Virus record (IMG/VR): IMGVR_UViG_3300049259_000040
Coordinates: 1 to 58,368 of that record
Length of the DNA stretch: 58,368 bases
Source of the DNA: a virus
Lineage: Duplodnaviria; Caudoviricetes
Reading direction: 5' to 3' (one strand)
Shown here: positions 25,981 through 36,773 of the stretch, one piece after another
Layout: every line of letters starts with the position of its first letter
Numbering within the stretch: position 1 is the stretch's first letter
Notes under the pieces: model-generated
Told to the model about the DNA's origin: nothing
The model's database searches: none
Seen by the model: only the letters and a program-made list of their open reading frames with translations
Position numbers and translations under genes: made by a program

Positions 25981-28598
25981 TGCAGCAGCTGTTTCTAGCG
26001 TCGCTGGGCATCATCACCGAGCCCAACAAGATCGCGTCGACGCAGCCCGGCTCGTTGACTGAACTGTCATATCCGCTCGTGTGTCGCTCGCCCGGCGTAG
26101 TGGAAGCGGCGCCGAACTGGACGACGGCGCTCACCGTCTCGACGCTCAACCGTAGCTACGTCTTCAGCGTCGACAAATATGTGTTGGTTGTTTCGAATCG
26201 TTCTTCCGACAACCTATGGTTCGTCCGGTGGTTCGACACGAGCACCAATACTGTTTCATTCAACATTCAGATGACTGGGCCCCTCGGCACACCCGACACG
26301 ATGGACCCTTTCGGTCGATTCGGCGCGGTAACGGTGCGGGACCGAACCATCCTGTTGGCCAGCAATAGCCCACTAGTCTTCGACTATATCAATCCGGCAA
26401 CAACTGCGCAGGCGTTTATGCGCATGCCGGGATTGCAGACACCGAACATCAGTTCCGTGTCAGAGGCAGACCCTGGCACTGGGTCTGCGCTCGAAAACAA
26501 CAAGCACACATCTCTCACGGCGGTTATACGCCGAATCTTTTCTGACGGGTACGAACTGTTCAGCGCTCCGTCAGGGGCGTCGTGGTTCTCGGAGATTGCT
26601 CTTGTCTCCGGTCTGACCAACATGCAGGTCACTGTGAACTTCGACGGATCGCAAGCTGTCGTTGGAGACGTCGTCGAGATTTACCGTACCAAATCTCAGG
26701 CATACACCGGATCGACCGGGACAAACGTCGGTGGTGACTATTTCTTGTCTATGTCGGTGACTCTGACGGCTACAGACATCACCAACGAGTTTGTCTCCAT
26801 CGTCGATAAGATCCCTGACAGTTCTCTCGGCGAGGCTCTCTACACCAACACTGGTGTGTCAGGCGGCAACGCTATGGCGCTCAATCCGCCGAGCGCCAAG
26901 AGCATCGCTTACTACCGCGGACACACGTTCTACAACAACTACACGCAGGGCAGCGTTTGGAACCTGCGCGTTGGCTCGTTCTGGGGAACCATGGGCACTT
27001 CCGCGAGCGGTGTCCCGGCCGGGCCAAGGAAATCTGGCATAGGGCAGCGGGCCGCGGTCGGTACATCAGCGCTGGGTAGCCCTACCATCACCGGAGTCTC
27101 AGCCGGCGATATCGCTGGGATTGTCATCGGCCAATTCTACCTGAGCCCAAACTTCCTGAATAGCGCACGCGTAACCGCTGTAGGAGCCACAACGATCACC
27201 CTGAGCTCCAACGCAACGATCGCGGGTAGCGCAAACCACTTCATTTATGATGTTGTAGAAATAACGTACAGCGGGTCTACGGTGTTGTACAACATGTCGT
27301 CGCTTCCCCTCTTCTACAACTCGCTGGCAGGGCTCACCGTAAACTACGGGAAGTTTTCATTCACTGGCCTGGGCATCATCCTGTCAACTCCGTACGGGAG
27401 CGGCAGTTTGCAGCCGATCCCCGCAGAAGACATTTCTGTGTTTCTGCGTTACCTCGACGGGGCCACGTCCAACAGTTCGTTTAGCGTCCGAGCTACCAAC
27501 GGGTGGAACTACGTTCCGCAACTTCCACGCATCGAGCTTGGTGAGACAGCTCGGACGTTTGCGTCAACCACGACAAAGAACGGCGTCGCCTGGTCGGAGA
27601 AAGACGAGCCGGAATATTTCTGCGGCACCAACGTAGACAACGTCGGCGGTGGCGAGGTTTTGGCGGTCGCTGCTACGCGCGATGCGCTCTGGTATTTCTG
27701 CACTGACGGTGTGTTCCGTTGGTCAGGCACAGGCGGCTCGGTCGCCGATGGCTACGACTGGCGTCTAGACCCGATCGACAAGACGTTCGTGATCGCTGGT
27801 CCGCAGGCATATTGCGTGCTGCGCGACCACGTCTACGCGTACGGCAATCGCGGATTCATTCGGATCGACTCGGCCGGCAATGTCACCGAGATAAGCGCTG
27901 GACGCTGTGATGACGTCATGCCCGGCCGCACGTGGATTGGACTGGCATATACCGGCAATGCTGCGCTGCAGCAGCTGGACGGTCCAAACGGCTACTACCT
28001 GGTAGCTGACGACAAGAATAACGAGGTTATACTGAAGAAGAAGGATCTCGACTTCACTGGTTTCATCTGGATTTACAACGCTCACCAAGACTGCGTTACG
28101 CGAGACGCTCCAAACTCCATCGGAGGATTGTCGCCGGATCATGGAGTCTGGAACGAGTCCGCTGCCAAGATTTACCACGCGTGCACGGACACCGGGACGA
28201 ACGTGCTGACGATTCGCGCCAATAGCGGCGTCGTGGCGACTGGCAGCACGTACACGTTTCAACCTGCCGTTACGGATGATCCATTTACGATGCGTCAGTT
28301 TCAGCGCGTCGAAGTCGTGTTCGACGTCGCGTCTAATCCGCAAAACGTCTCGGTCACGTGTCGCTTCAACGACAACACGTCTCTCGACCAGACGCGCTTC
28401 TTCCCTAGCGCCAGCACGTCCTCTAGTGGGCCGAGTGTCAACAACCGCCTATCGTTCATCGTCCCGCGCAACGCACCGGCCGTCGCCAACACGATCAAGA
28501 TCACTCTCGTCGTAGGAGGCAGTAGCCTGGCGTACATCCGCCTGCTCGGCGTCGCGCTCAAGTACAGCACTCCCACTGAGCAACGGAAGGCGCGCTGA
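25980..28598 (+). CDS. Tail nozzle / tubular protein B (beta-propeller)
   Basis: 872 aa after the adaptor; NPP.AK.IAYYRGHTFY, VAWSE..EPEYF and RD.L..F..DG motifs. Confidence 0.75.
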   Translation: MQQLFLASLGIITEPNKIASTQPGSLTELSYPLVCRSPGVVEAAPNWTTALTVSTLNRSYVFSVDKYVLVVSNRSSDNLWFVRWFDTSTNTVSFNIQMTGPLGTPDTMDPFGRFGAVTVRDRTILLASNSPLVFDYINPATTAQAFMRMPGLQTPNISSVSEADPGTGSALENNKHTSLTAVIRRIFSDGYELFSAPSGASWFSEIALVSGLTNMQVTVNFDGSQAVVGDVVEIYRTKSQAYTGSTGTNVGGDYFLSMSVTLTATDITNEFVSIVDKIPDSSLGEALYTNTGVSGGNAMALNPPSAKSIAYYRGHTFYNNYTQGSVWNLRVGSFWGTMGTSASGVPAGPRKSGIGQRAAVGTSALGSPTITGVSAGDIAGIVIGQFYLSPNFLNSARVTAVGATTITLSSNATIAGSANHFIYDVVEITYSGSTVLYNMSSLPLFYNSLAGLTVNYGKFSFTGLGIILSTPYGSGSLQPIPAEDISVFLRYLDGATSNSSFSVRATNGWNYVPQLPRIELGETARTFASTTTKNGVAWSEKDEPEYFCGTNVDNVGGGEVLAVAATRDALWYFCTDGVFRWSGTGGSVADGYDWRLDPIDKTFVIAGPQAYCVLRDHVYAYGNRGFIRIDSAGNVTEISAGRCDDVMPGRTWIGLAYTGNAALQQLDGPNGYYLVADDKNNEVILKKKDLDFTGFIWIYNAHQDCVTRDAPNSIGGLSPDHGVWNESAAKIYHACTDTGTNVLTIRANSGVVATGSTYTFQPAVTDDPFTMRQFQRVEVVFDVASNPQNVSVTCRFNDNTSLDQTRFFPSASTSSSGPSVNNRLSFIVPRNAPAVANTIKITLVVGGSSLAYIRLLGVALKYSTPTEQRKAR

Positions 28599-28975
28599 TG
28601 CCCGGCATTCGCAACCGCGTCAAGAGCATCCGCAACGCAACCTGGGGCAATGGCGGCAAGGACGGCGCTGCATCCGCTCGTGACGTCGGTGAGTCCATCC
28701 GCGACATCGATCGCGCGTGGCGCACCAACCTGACGCTGAACCGCATCGACTTGTCGCAGGCGTACACGCCGCCCATCGCCATCAGTTCGCCGTTCGTCCC
28801 TGCCGCGCTCATCGTCGGCAAGGTGCAGGTGACGCGCGACATCACGTTCGTGCCCGGCGTCTCCGCTGACTGGTCGTACGTCGGTGGCGAGATTCGCATC
28901 TCGAAGCTCTCGAACTCGGCGGGCGAGCTCGTCGTCGGCACGTCGTACGACATCACGATCGTGGTGATTGGATAG
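28598..28975 (+). CDS. Small virion protein
   Basis: Coupled; beta-rich. Confidence 0.55.
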   Translation: MPGIRNRVKSIRNATWGNGGKDGAASARDVGESIRDIDRAWRTNLTLNRIDLSQAYTPPIAISSPFVPAALIVGKVQVTRDITFVPGVSADWSYVGGEIRISKLSNSAGELVVGTSYDITIVVIG

Positions 28976-28978
28976 GTT

Positions 28979-30982
28979 ATGCCAACCCAAGACAACGGCT
29001 TCGGCGACTACTGGCAGAGCGCATTCGGACCCGGCGCAATCGCTCCCGGCCCCGTCGTGCAGGCGCCGACAGCTGCGTACCTGGCAGGAGGAGGAAACCA
29101 AGCCAGCGCCTACAACGGTGGCATGCCGTTGTCTCCCGAGGAGCAGGGGTTTCAGTCGCTGCTGAACGGGTACAACAACCAGCAGTCGACGATTGCCCAG
29201 AACCGACAGCAGCTCGACCTACTCGGGCGACTCGGTCAGAACACGACCAACATCGACCAGGACGCCATGAACGGCATCATGGGTCAGATTGGTTGGCAGG
29301 ACACCCAGAACGTCAACTTCGGCAACCAGTCGCAGGGGCTCGTCAACCAGCTTCAGGGCTACACGAACGATGCCAACTCCTACGACTGGGGAAACCTCGG
29401 CAACTATCAGTCACAGCTAGGTGCGATCAACGCCAGCAACAACTCCTACATGGGCGGTTATACCGCCCAGTACAACCAGCTGATAAACCCGATGTCATCG
29501 GGCGTGTCATGGGCCGGCGACCTGACATCGCAAGCAGCGCAGGCGTATGCCGACCCGCAGGCCATCGCGGCTCAGTACGCGGCGCAGGCGCAGCTCGCAG
29601 CCATCGGCAACGGTTCGCTCGATGTGTCGCTCTCGGGAAACCAGGGCTACCAGGGTCTGTTGAACTACGCCAACGGCGGCAACAAGGTCGACCCGATGTC
29701 GATCGTCGGCATGAACCAGCTGCAAGGCGTGGCGAATGGCTCGCTTGACCTGCATCCAGGCGACATCGACCCGCAGGCGTACGCAGCGCTCACCGATGCG
29801 CGCGACAAGTACAAAGGCTTGACGACGCCCGAGGTCACCGACGCTGAGCGGCTCATCTGGGAGCAGGCTCGACTCAACCAAGAGCAAACCGACCGCGCGA
29901 ATCGCACCGCGGTCAACTCGCAGCTGCGTCAGCGCGGACTGTCGGGGGCGGGACAGCAGATTGCCGGCAGCGCGCTGGCGTCGCAGACCAACAGCGAGAA
30001 CGCACTTCTTACCAGCCTCTCCGCGAACTCGAACGCGGTGCAGCGCGCAATGGCAGCCCTCGGCGGCTACGCCGACGTGTCGTCGCAGATGAATAATCAA
30101 GCGAACGCGCTCGGCTCGCAGAATCAGGGCACGCGTCTGGGCGCGCTCAACAACCTCACCGGCATAGGCGCTCAGATTGAGAACGCGAACGCGAACCGGC
30201 AGCTGTCAGCGACTGGGCAAGCGGCGGGCTTGTACGAGAGCAACGCGCAGAGCAACAACAACCGGCGCGCTGACGGTACGTACCAGGCCGGCCAACTCGC
30301 TTCCAACATGCGGTCGCAGAGCTTCAACGAATCCTACAGCCGCGGCCAGGCAGCTGACGCAACGGCGCAGTTCAACCGCGTGCAGTCGATCGGCGTCGAC
30401 GAGTACAACGGGCAGTTCGCCATGGCGGACGCGAACCGCCGAGCCAATCTCGCACAGAGCTACGCGCAGACCGGCATCCAGACGAACCAAATCAACGCTG
30501 GCAATGACCTGAACATGTTCAACGCGGGCGCTGCGACGAACGCAACCACGTTCGGGCGCAATCAGGGCGTGCTGCAAGCGCAGGACACCACGAACTCTCG
30601 CATCAACCAGCTGGCCCAACAGCAGACGAACGCGCGTCTGCAGGCCGGCTACGGCCAGATCGGCCTGAACGATGCGGCGTTCGGGCGCAACTCCAACCAG
30701 ATCGGCGCGGGCATGGGCCTGAATCAGCAATCGGCCGACGCGTACACCGGCTTGCAGCAAGGCATGGGCGGACTAGCGCTCAGCAGCAGCCAAGCGGCGG
30801 CGGCGAAGGCACAGGCGCAAGACGACAACGCCGGCGGCCCTGACTGGGGCAGCGGCGCAAAGGGGCTAGGCGTTGGCGCTGGAACGGGCGCTCTGATCGG
30901 CTCAGCTATCCCCGGCGTCGGCACTGCGATCGGCGCGGGCGTCGGCGCAGTAGCCGGCGGCCTGTACGGACTGTTCGCCTAG
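28979..30982 (+). CDS. Internal virion / DNA ejection protein, Q/N/A-rich with C-terminal glycine zipper
   Basis: L.QRGLSG.G motif; GAGTGALIGSAIPGVGTAIGAGVGAVAGG tail. Confidence 0.7.
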   Translation: MPTQDNGFGDYWQSAFGPGAIAPGPVVQAPTAAYLAGGGNQASAYNGGMPLSPEEQGFQSLLNGYNNQQSTIAQNRQQLDLLGRLGQNTTNIDQDAMNGIMGQIGWQDTQNVNFGNQSQGLVNQLQGYTNDANSYDWGNLGNYQSQLGAINASNNSYMGGYTAQYNQLINPMSSGVSWAGDLTSQAAQAYADPQAIAAQYAAQAQLAAIGNGSLDVSLSGNQGYQGLLNYANGGNKVDPMSIVGMNQLQGVANGSLDLHPGDIDPQAYAALTDARDKYKGLTTPEVTDAERLIWEQARLNQEQTDRANRTAVNSQLRQRGLSGAGQQIAGSALASQTNSENALLTSLSANSNAVQRAMAALGGYADVSSQMNNQANALGSQNQGTRLGALNNLTGIGAQIENANANRQLSATGQAAGLYESNAQSNNNRRADGTYQAGQLASNMRSQSFNESYSRGQAADATAQFNRVQSIGVDEYNGQFAMADANRRANLAQSYAQTGIQTNQINAGNDLNMFNAGAATNATTFGRNQGVLQAQDTTNSRINQLAQQQTNARLQAGYGQIGLNDAAFGRNSNQIGAGMGLNQQSADAYTGLQQGMGGLALSSSQAAAAKAQAQDDNAGGPDWGSGAKGLGVGAGTGALIGSAIPGVGTAIGAGVGAVAGGLYGLFA

Positions 30983-30990
30983 GAAACACC

Positions 30991-33111
30991 ATGTCGAACC
31001 CATTCGATCAAGACAACCAAGAAGACCAAGACCCCGAGGCGGTGCGCGGTCTCATCGCTGCGGCGCGCGCGTCGGGCGACTTCAACATGGACCTGTCGCA
31101 GGACCCCGAGGTGCTTGGCGCCAACGCGTTCTCGCGCATGCGTTCGCAGATGCTCGACCAGGGCAAGACCGACGCGCCCGTACAGCACTTCGTCGACCCG
31201 CGCAACGAGATGTCGCCGGAGCAGTTCCTGTCAGCCGCGCAGGGTCGTGACGATGTCGACCCGAACATGACGATGTCGCCCGAGCAGTTCTCGGAAGCGG
31301 CAGCCATCCGCGGCCTCAAGAGCCTCGCACCTGCGCCTGTACTACCCAGAGACCAAGGCCGGCCCGTCGACATGGACCTCATGCGCGACCCGGCCGCGCT
31401 CCGCGGCATCGCGCCGGATGAAGCGAAGGCGCGCCTAGACCAGCAGCTGCAGCTTTTGCCCGAGCGTGAAGCGTCCATGCGCCCGCAGGGGACGCCGCCG
31501 ACGCCTGACGTGAAGGCAACCACACCCCCGCCTGCCGACGCCACGGACGAGCGTCCAGCGTCGCAAGCGAGCGTGGTCTCGCCCGACACGCGAGTTCGCT
31601 TGCCTGGCAGCGAGGACAAGGGCGCGATGCCCAGCCTTCAGCTGCGCGCCGAGAGCAAAGAGCCGCCCGCGATGCGCGGCTACACGCCCGACGCCATCCG
31701 CGGCCTGACCGGGCGCTCCTCGCGGCAAACTGACGAAGGGCCGGACGTGAACCCGTTGGCCGTGCTCGCCGCTGCGCTCGACCGCAACCCCGGACGCGCG
31801 CTCGCCGAGGTGATGAGTGTCGCCGGGCAGCAAAAGCAGGCGTGGCAGGCGAATCGCCAGAAGCAGGCGCAGCAAGACATCGAGAACGAGCAGAAGGCCG
31901 GATTGAACGCCGCGCAGATCGAGCACCTGCGCACTACCGGCAAAACGGCCGGCGACTGGGAAGCCGACAAGAGCGCACGGGACTGGGAGCGTATCCGACT
32001 GGCCGGCGATGCCGAGGGACGTCGCGGCCAGGTCACCGACCGCACGCTGAACCCGGAGAACGCGGCGCAGCAGGCTCTCGTCAAAGGCATCGTCGCTCGC
32101 AGCGGCGGGCGCATTAGCGAATCCGACTTGGCCGGCATGGACGACAAGGCGCTCGGTCGCTTTGCGCACGCCATGAACTTGCAGCTGGACAGCGCGAACA
32201 CGCCGCAGAAGGCAGCGGATGCGGCGACGGTCGCCACGTCGACGACGAACGCCGAGCAGGCAGCGCTCATCGCGAACGCGCCAGCGCTTGGTGCTGCTCG
32301 CGGCGTCGGAGCTGCTGCCGCCAATGAGACCACACGAGCTGGCGAAGTGAAGACTGCAGCGGACACATCGGCCGCGCGCGAAGTCGGCGCTGACAAGGGA
32401 CGGCGCGAAGTTACGCTCGGCAAGACGCCCGCGCTCTCCGAGGTCGACAACCCAGACCGCTACGCCTCGCTGACTCCTACTGAACTCGCAGACGCTAACA
32501 AAGCAGCGTCTGCAAAGGCCGTGTTCGACGACCAGATGGGCATTTTGAAGCGTGTGCGGGCTGATGTCGGACACGCGCAAGTGATGCCTAGCGGCGCAAA
32601 GTCGGAATACGACGCAGCGGCCAAGCTCGCGATCGGACAGCTGCCGTCGCTCACCGGCACAGGCGTTATCAACGAAAACGAGCGCATCAACTTCGAGAAG
32701 ATGATCATCCAGTCGGGCTTGACGCTCGGCGATATCGTCAACCTCGGCGGCCAGGGCGACGTCGTACTGGACCAGCTCGGAGGCTCTCAAAGATCGGTCG
32801 ACAGCGCATACACGACCAAGCTCAAGGGCTACGGGTTGCGACCCGTAGCCCAGACCAAAAGCCAGAATCGCGCGCAAGAGCTTCAAGCTCTGCTCCAGCA
32901 GCAGCCAGCGCCGCAAGGCCAGGGTGGCGGCTTCGATGTTCCTGGTCAGCTACCGCCGATGGCAGGACGGCCACCTCCGATGCCGGCTGACGCAGCGCGC
33001 GCGCCGCAGGGTGGCACCGTTCAGATGCGCTCGCCTAGTGGCAAAGTCGGGCCGGTTCCAGCCGCTGCGGTCGACAAGCTGACGCAGCGTGGATGGGAGT
33101 TGGTGCAGTAA
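30991..33111 (+). CDS. Internal virion / ejection protein
   Basis: 706 aa, Ala-rich; GTGVINENER motif; duplicated MSPEQF..AA; VQMRSPSGK tail. Confidence 0.65.
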   Translation: MSNPFDQDNQEDQDPEAVRGLIAAARASGDFNMDLSQDPEVLGANAFSRMRSQMLDQGKTDAPVQHFVDPRNEMSPEQFLSAAQGRDDVDPNMTMSPEQFSEAAAIRGLKSLAPAPVLPRDQGRPVDMDLMRDPAALRGIAPDEAKARLDQQLQLLPEREASMRPQGTPPTPDVKATTPPPADATDERPASQASVVSPDTRVRLPGSEDKGAMPSLQLRAESKEPPAMRGYTPDAIRGLTGRSSRQTDEGPDVNPLAVLAAALDRNPGRALAEVMSVAGQQKQAWQANRQKQAQQDIENEQKAGLNAAQIEHLRTTGKTAGDWEADKSARDWERIRLAGDAEGRRGQVTDRTLNPENAAQQALVKGIVARSGGRISESDLAGMDDKALGRFAHAMNLQLDSANTPQKAADAATVATSTTNAEQAALIANAPALGAARGVGAAAANETTRAGEVKTAADTSAAREVGADKGRREVTLGKTPALSEVDNPDRYASLTPTELADANKAASAKAVFDDQMGILKRVRADVGHAQVMPSGAKSEYDAAAKLAIGQLPSLTGTGVINENERINFEKMIIQSGLTLGDIVNLGGQGDVVLDQLGGSQRSVDSAYTTKLKGYGLRPVAQTKSQNRAQELQALLQQQPAPQGQGGGFDVPGQLPPMAGRPPPMPADAARAPQGGTVQMRSPSGKVGPVPAAAVDKLTQRGWELVQ

Positions 33112-34964
33112 TGCCGTCGTTCGACGAAGAGCTGCAGGCAGCGCTCGCGGGCGACGGTGGCAAAGGCGGCTCGTCATTCGACGACGAACTCAAAGGCGCG
33201 CTCACGGACCCGTCGCAGGGCGGTCGCGTGCCGCCCGAGCAGCAGCAACCGTCCGACCCATCACCGCGCGTCGTCGACAACCCTCAGGCGAGCGTGCGCG
33301 CTGGCATTCCCGAGCAGGGCCCGCCGCCGGCACAGAACCAGCAGATCGAGCCGCAGTCGAAGGACTGGCTCACCGGAGCGATCACCGCGCTCGCCAACGG
33401 GTACCGAGCGATCGGCGGTACGTTCGCGGATGACGGGGTGAACCCATCGCAACCCGCAATAGACGCGGCGCCTGCCTACAACGCGCGCATGCAGGATGTT
33501 GCGGATCATCCCTGGAAGACCGCAGCGCGCGTAGTGTCGTCTCTGGCTGCTCCTGTCGTGAGCGGCATGGGCGGAGCGATTCCGCAGGCGGCATCGGCCG
33601 CGCTCGAGACGTACGGCGACACGGGTGACGCGCAGAAGGCTGGCATGAGTGGTCTCGCTGGCGGCGTCGTGGCCAAAGGCGCCGAGCTCGGCGGTCGTGC
33701 GGTCTCAGCGCTCGCGCGCGAGTTCCAGGAGTCGGGCCTCAAGAATCGCCTCTCCGCTGCCGGCCTCGACTTCGACAAGCTCGCAGCCGAGAAGGGACCG
33801 CAGGCAGCGCTCCAAGTCGCGCGCGACATCGAGGAGCAGGGCCTGCACAAGGGCAAGGGCGTGATGGGCTGGGCACCGCAGCCGGCGCAGACGTACGCCG
33901 ACAACGCAGCCGCTGCGAATGCCGAGGGACTGGCCGGAATGAAGAGTGCCGAGGAGGGCCTCGCCGCGCTGCCGAACCCGCCGCGCGTGAACCTCGATCC
34001 CATCCAGCAGAAGTTGCGCGCGAGCGCTGGCCAGAACGCTCGCATGATCGACCCGGCGGGCGCACAGGACGCGAGTTTCCGCGCCGACATGGCGGACCGT
34101 ATGCAGCAGTACGGCGGCAACGACTGGCAGAACGCGCTCGATAACCGGCGCTACCTGGACAGCAACATCAACTGGGGCTCTCGCGGCGGCTACGAAGGTG
34201 CAGGCATGCAGGAGCAGGCTCGCCGCGACGTGGCGAACCCACTGCGCGAGGAAATCAGCAGCGCGCTCGATCGCGGCATGGCGAACAACGTCGACTCCAA
34301 CGCGACGCAGTTCGCACCCAGCGTTCCCCGCGAGCTCGGACAGGGCTGGCAGAACGCGCGCGACCAGTTCGCTCTTGGTGCGCAGGTCGAGCCCGCAGCG
34401 CGCCAGCTGGCAACGCAGCAGCAGGGTGCTGGGTTCCTGTCTCCTGCGGGCTTGGCAGGCGGTGCAGCGGCGCTAGGCGGCATGTACACGGGCCACCCGG
34501 TCGCGGGCTTGGCGGCGGGCCTCGGAACGCAGCTGGCACGGAATCGCGGCTCGAGCGCGATGGCTGGCTCGCTCGAGGGCGCGAGCTCGGCGCTCGGCAC
34601 GATGGGCGAGGGCGCGTCGTGGCTCTCGAACAACGCTGGCATTCCCGCTGCAGCAGCTGGCGGCGGCGACATCGCGCAGTCGCTCTTGAACCGCGGGCAG
34701 CGGCAGGCGCCGATGCAGACGTCGGGCGGCAGCCAGGGCATGGAGAACAGTCGTGGCGACATTACCTCGCAACAGGTTGAGTCCATCTTGCACGACGAGA
34801 ATCGCGCGAAAGCGTTGCAGCCGTGGGCGACGGAGCTTGCGGCTAACAATGCCGCCAAGGATGACAGCGCGTTCGCTGCGAACATCGAGAAGCTGCAGCG
34901 CAAGGACCAGAAGTTCCGAGAGCGCGTCAAGATGCTGCTCGGACAGAACGTTGGAGGACAGTAA
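33111..34964 (+). CDS. Internal virion / ejection protein
   Basis: SFDEEL repeat at N-terminus; Gly/Ala hydrophobic hairpin GGAAALGG.YTGHPVAGLAAGLG. Confidence 0.65.
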   Translation: MPSFDEELQAALAGDGGKGGSSFDDELKGALTDPSQGGRVPPEQQQPSDPSPRVVDNPQASVRAGIPEQGPPPAQNQQIEPQSKDWLTGAITALANGYRAIGGTFADDGVNPSQPAIDAAPAYNARMQDVADHPWKTAARVVSSLAAPVVSGMGGAIPQAASAALETYGDTGDAQKAGMSGLAGGVVAKGAELGGRAVSALAREFQESGLKNRLSAAGLDFDKLAAEKGPQAALQVARDIEEQGLHKGKGVMGWAPQPAQTYADNAAAANAEGLAGMKSAEEGLAALPNPPRVNLDPIQQKLRASAGQNARMIDPAGAQDASFRADMADRMQQYGGNDWQNALDNRRYLDSNINWGSRGGYEGAGMQEQARRDVANPLREEISSALDRGMANNVDSNATQFAPSVPRELGQGWQNARDQFALGAQVEPAARQLATQQQGAGFLSPAGLAGGAAALGGMYTGHPVAGLAAGLGTQLARNRGSSAMAGSLEGASSALGTMGEGASWLSNNAGIPAAAAGGGDIAQSLLNRGQRQAPMQTSGGSQGMENSRGDITSQQVESILHDENRAKALQPWATELAANNAAKDDSAFAANIEKLQRKDQKFRERVKMLLGQNVGGQ

Positions 34965-35296
34965 TGCTGGGGGAGCCCGAGGCAATTGTGTGCTGCCCGC
35001 CTGCCGCGTCTGATGACGCAGCCGACCGCTCGCGCTCGCGGATATTCGCGTTCGGGGCTACCGCCAGCACGGTCGTGATCGATGTCGGCGCAGCGCAGTG
35101 CTGGATCACGGTCACGTGCGACCAAAGCGTGCTGATGCGCGCCTCATTTCTGAACTCGCTCGGTGACCCGATCACTGGTGATTGGCCAATCTGGCAATTC
35201 AGCTACCAACAGTTTTTCGTCAACGGCGACCGATTCGTGAAGTTCAAGGGTCTCGGAACGGCCGGCAATGTCTGGATCTACGTTTCCAATCGATGA
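34964..35296 (+). CDS. Small virion-associated beta protein
   Basis: Coupled; late operon. Confidence 0.5.
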   Translation: MLGEPEAIVCCPPAASDDAADRSRSRIFAFGATASTVVIDVGAAQCWITVTCDQSVLMRASFLNSLGDPITGDWPIWQFSYQQFFVNGDRFVKFKGLGTAGNVWIYVSNR

Positions 35297-35310
35297 TGGA
35301 GGTTTGAGTT

Positions 35311-35769
35311 ATGGCCACGGGATGGGGTCGACGTATTCGAGTCGACGTGTTCACGCGCGGTGCGACTAACCAATCGGCGACTGGTGCGCCGTCGACGTTT
35401 GCCGCTTCACTGCACACGGGAAATCCCGGCGACGACGGGCAAACTGTAAACGAGGTCAGTCAAACAACCTCGGGCTACGCTCGTCAGTCGCTCACATTCT
35501 CGGCGCCAACGGCGTTTGGCTCGTTGACCGTTGACACCGCGAGTGTCGGCGCGAACGCCGCGACCATCACTTTCGGACCGAGCGCAGGCGCAAGTGCTGC
35601 GTGGGGTGTCATTACGTACGTCGGTCTGTGGACCGCCACCGGAACAGCTCTCACGGAGTCCACGTACCTAGGCCGTGCGCTCGTCAGCGTGTCTCAGAAC
35701 GTAGCCGGCGCTGGAGTCACGCTCACGATCGCAACAGGCGGGCTCACCATGGGTTGCATCAGCGCATGA
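35311..35769 (+). CDS. Tail-fibre-associated protein
   Basis: SLHTGNPG...EVS...YARQ...ITF...WG.IT.VG.W.A motif common upstream of fibres. Confidence 0.7.
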   Translation: MATGWGRRIRVDVFTRGATNQSATGAPSTFAASLHTGNPGDDGQTVNEVSQTTSGYARQSLTFSAPTAFGSLTVDTASVGANAATITFGPSAGASAAWGVITYVGLWTATGTALTESTYLGRALVSVSQNVAGAGVTLTIATGGLTMGCISA

Positions 35770-36038
35770 TGATCGATGCTAGATTCACCGAGAACGAGAC
35801 GGGCATGGAAGTGCTCGTCTCGTGTCCGCTTCCCTGGGGTAACACCCCGAAGCAAGCACTCGTCAAGTTTCCTGACGGGAGCGTCTACAGCATCCCGGAC
35901 GCGGAGCTCGGCAAGCACTACACGTGCGTCTCGCCGCAGAGCATCGAGATACGTGCGTTCGGCGGCACTCCGTTCATGCGACCAACGGCGACGCAGCGAA
36001 AGCTCGACGAAAAGAAGCCGGAGCCCGGCATCGAGTAG
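35766..36038 (+). CDS. Hypothetical protein
   Basis: ATGA overlap. Confidence 0.55.
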   Translation: MMIDARFTENETGMEVLVSCPLPWGNTPKQALVKFPDGSVYSIPDAELGKHYTCVSPQSIEIRAFGGTPFMRPTATQRKLDEKKPEPGIE

Positions 36039-36041
36039 TCC

Positions 36042-36548
36042 ATGGGAACAACCAAACAGTGGCTTGATCCCGTAGGCGCCCACGTCTTCACGACGGTCAA
36101 CCCGCCCGAGTTCACGCAAGCAAACGGCACGAACTTCCCCGTCAATGGGTATGCGTTCGATGGTGCGGGCGCGGCCGTCGAGGCGATGTTCTTCGAGGTT
36201 CCAGTTGTCAACTACGGCAGCGGGAACCTGACTGTCCTGGTCGACTTCTACACGTCGGCGACGACCAATGCGACCGTGTGGCAAGCGGCTATCAGCGTCA
36301 CGACTCCCAGCGATGCTCAGTCGATGCTGACTGATGCGTTCGCCACGGCCAACGCTGCGAGTGCCGTCACGAGCAACTCCACCGCCAACGGCCCGCTACG
36401 AGCCACGATCACCGTCAGCAACCTAGACAGCATCGCAACCGATGACCGCATGACCGTGAAGATATTCCGTGACCCCGCGAACGCTGGCGATACCAACACA
36501 GCGGACGCGGTCTGTTTCGGCGTTTGGATCACGTGGTCGGATGTGTAA
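36042..36548 (+). CDS. Virion beta-sandwich protein, paralog of 23153-23698
   Basis: VKIFRDPANAGDTNTAD vs IKVFRDGTDALDTAVGD. Confidence 0.65.
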   Translation: MGTTKQWLDPVGAHVFTTVNPPEFTQANGTNFPVNGYAFDGAGAAVEAMFFEVPVVNYGSGNLTVLVDFYTSATTNATVWQAAISVTTPSDAQSMLTDAFATANAASAVTSNSTANGPLRATITVSNLDSIATDDRMTVKIFRDPANAGDTNTADAVCFGVWITWSDV

Positions 36549-36557
36549 GGAGAAAAC

Positions 36558-36770
36558 GTGTTGACTAAGTCCCAACTGCAGGCGCTGCTGTTTTCGATCG
36601 CTAACAGCAAGTTCCAGTCGCTCGTCGACTGGTACAACGCCGTCAACAACAACGACGCTACGCTCGCTGCGACCAAGAAGGCTGAGGTCAAAAAGTGGGA
36701 TGACCTGAGAGACATCGTGAACCAGGGCATCAATCAGCTCGATGTGATCGCTGCCACGCCAAGCTCGTAG
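36558..36770 (+). CDS. Small helical protein
   Basis: AGGAG RBS plus GTG start. Confidence 0.6.
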   Translation: MLTKSQLQALLFSIANSKFQSLVDWYNAVNNNDATLAATKKAEVKKWDDLRDIVNQGINQLDVIAATPSS

Positions 36771-36773
36771 TTC

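Noticed and set aside
28979-34964. Tape-measure protein of a long-tailed phage
   Set aside because: No tail tube, sheath or chaperone genes; three medium-sized Ala/Gln-rich genes after adaptor and nozzle fit podoviral ejection proteins
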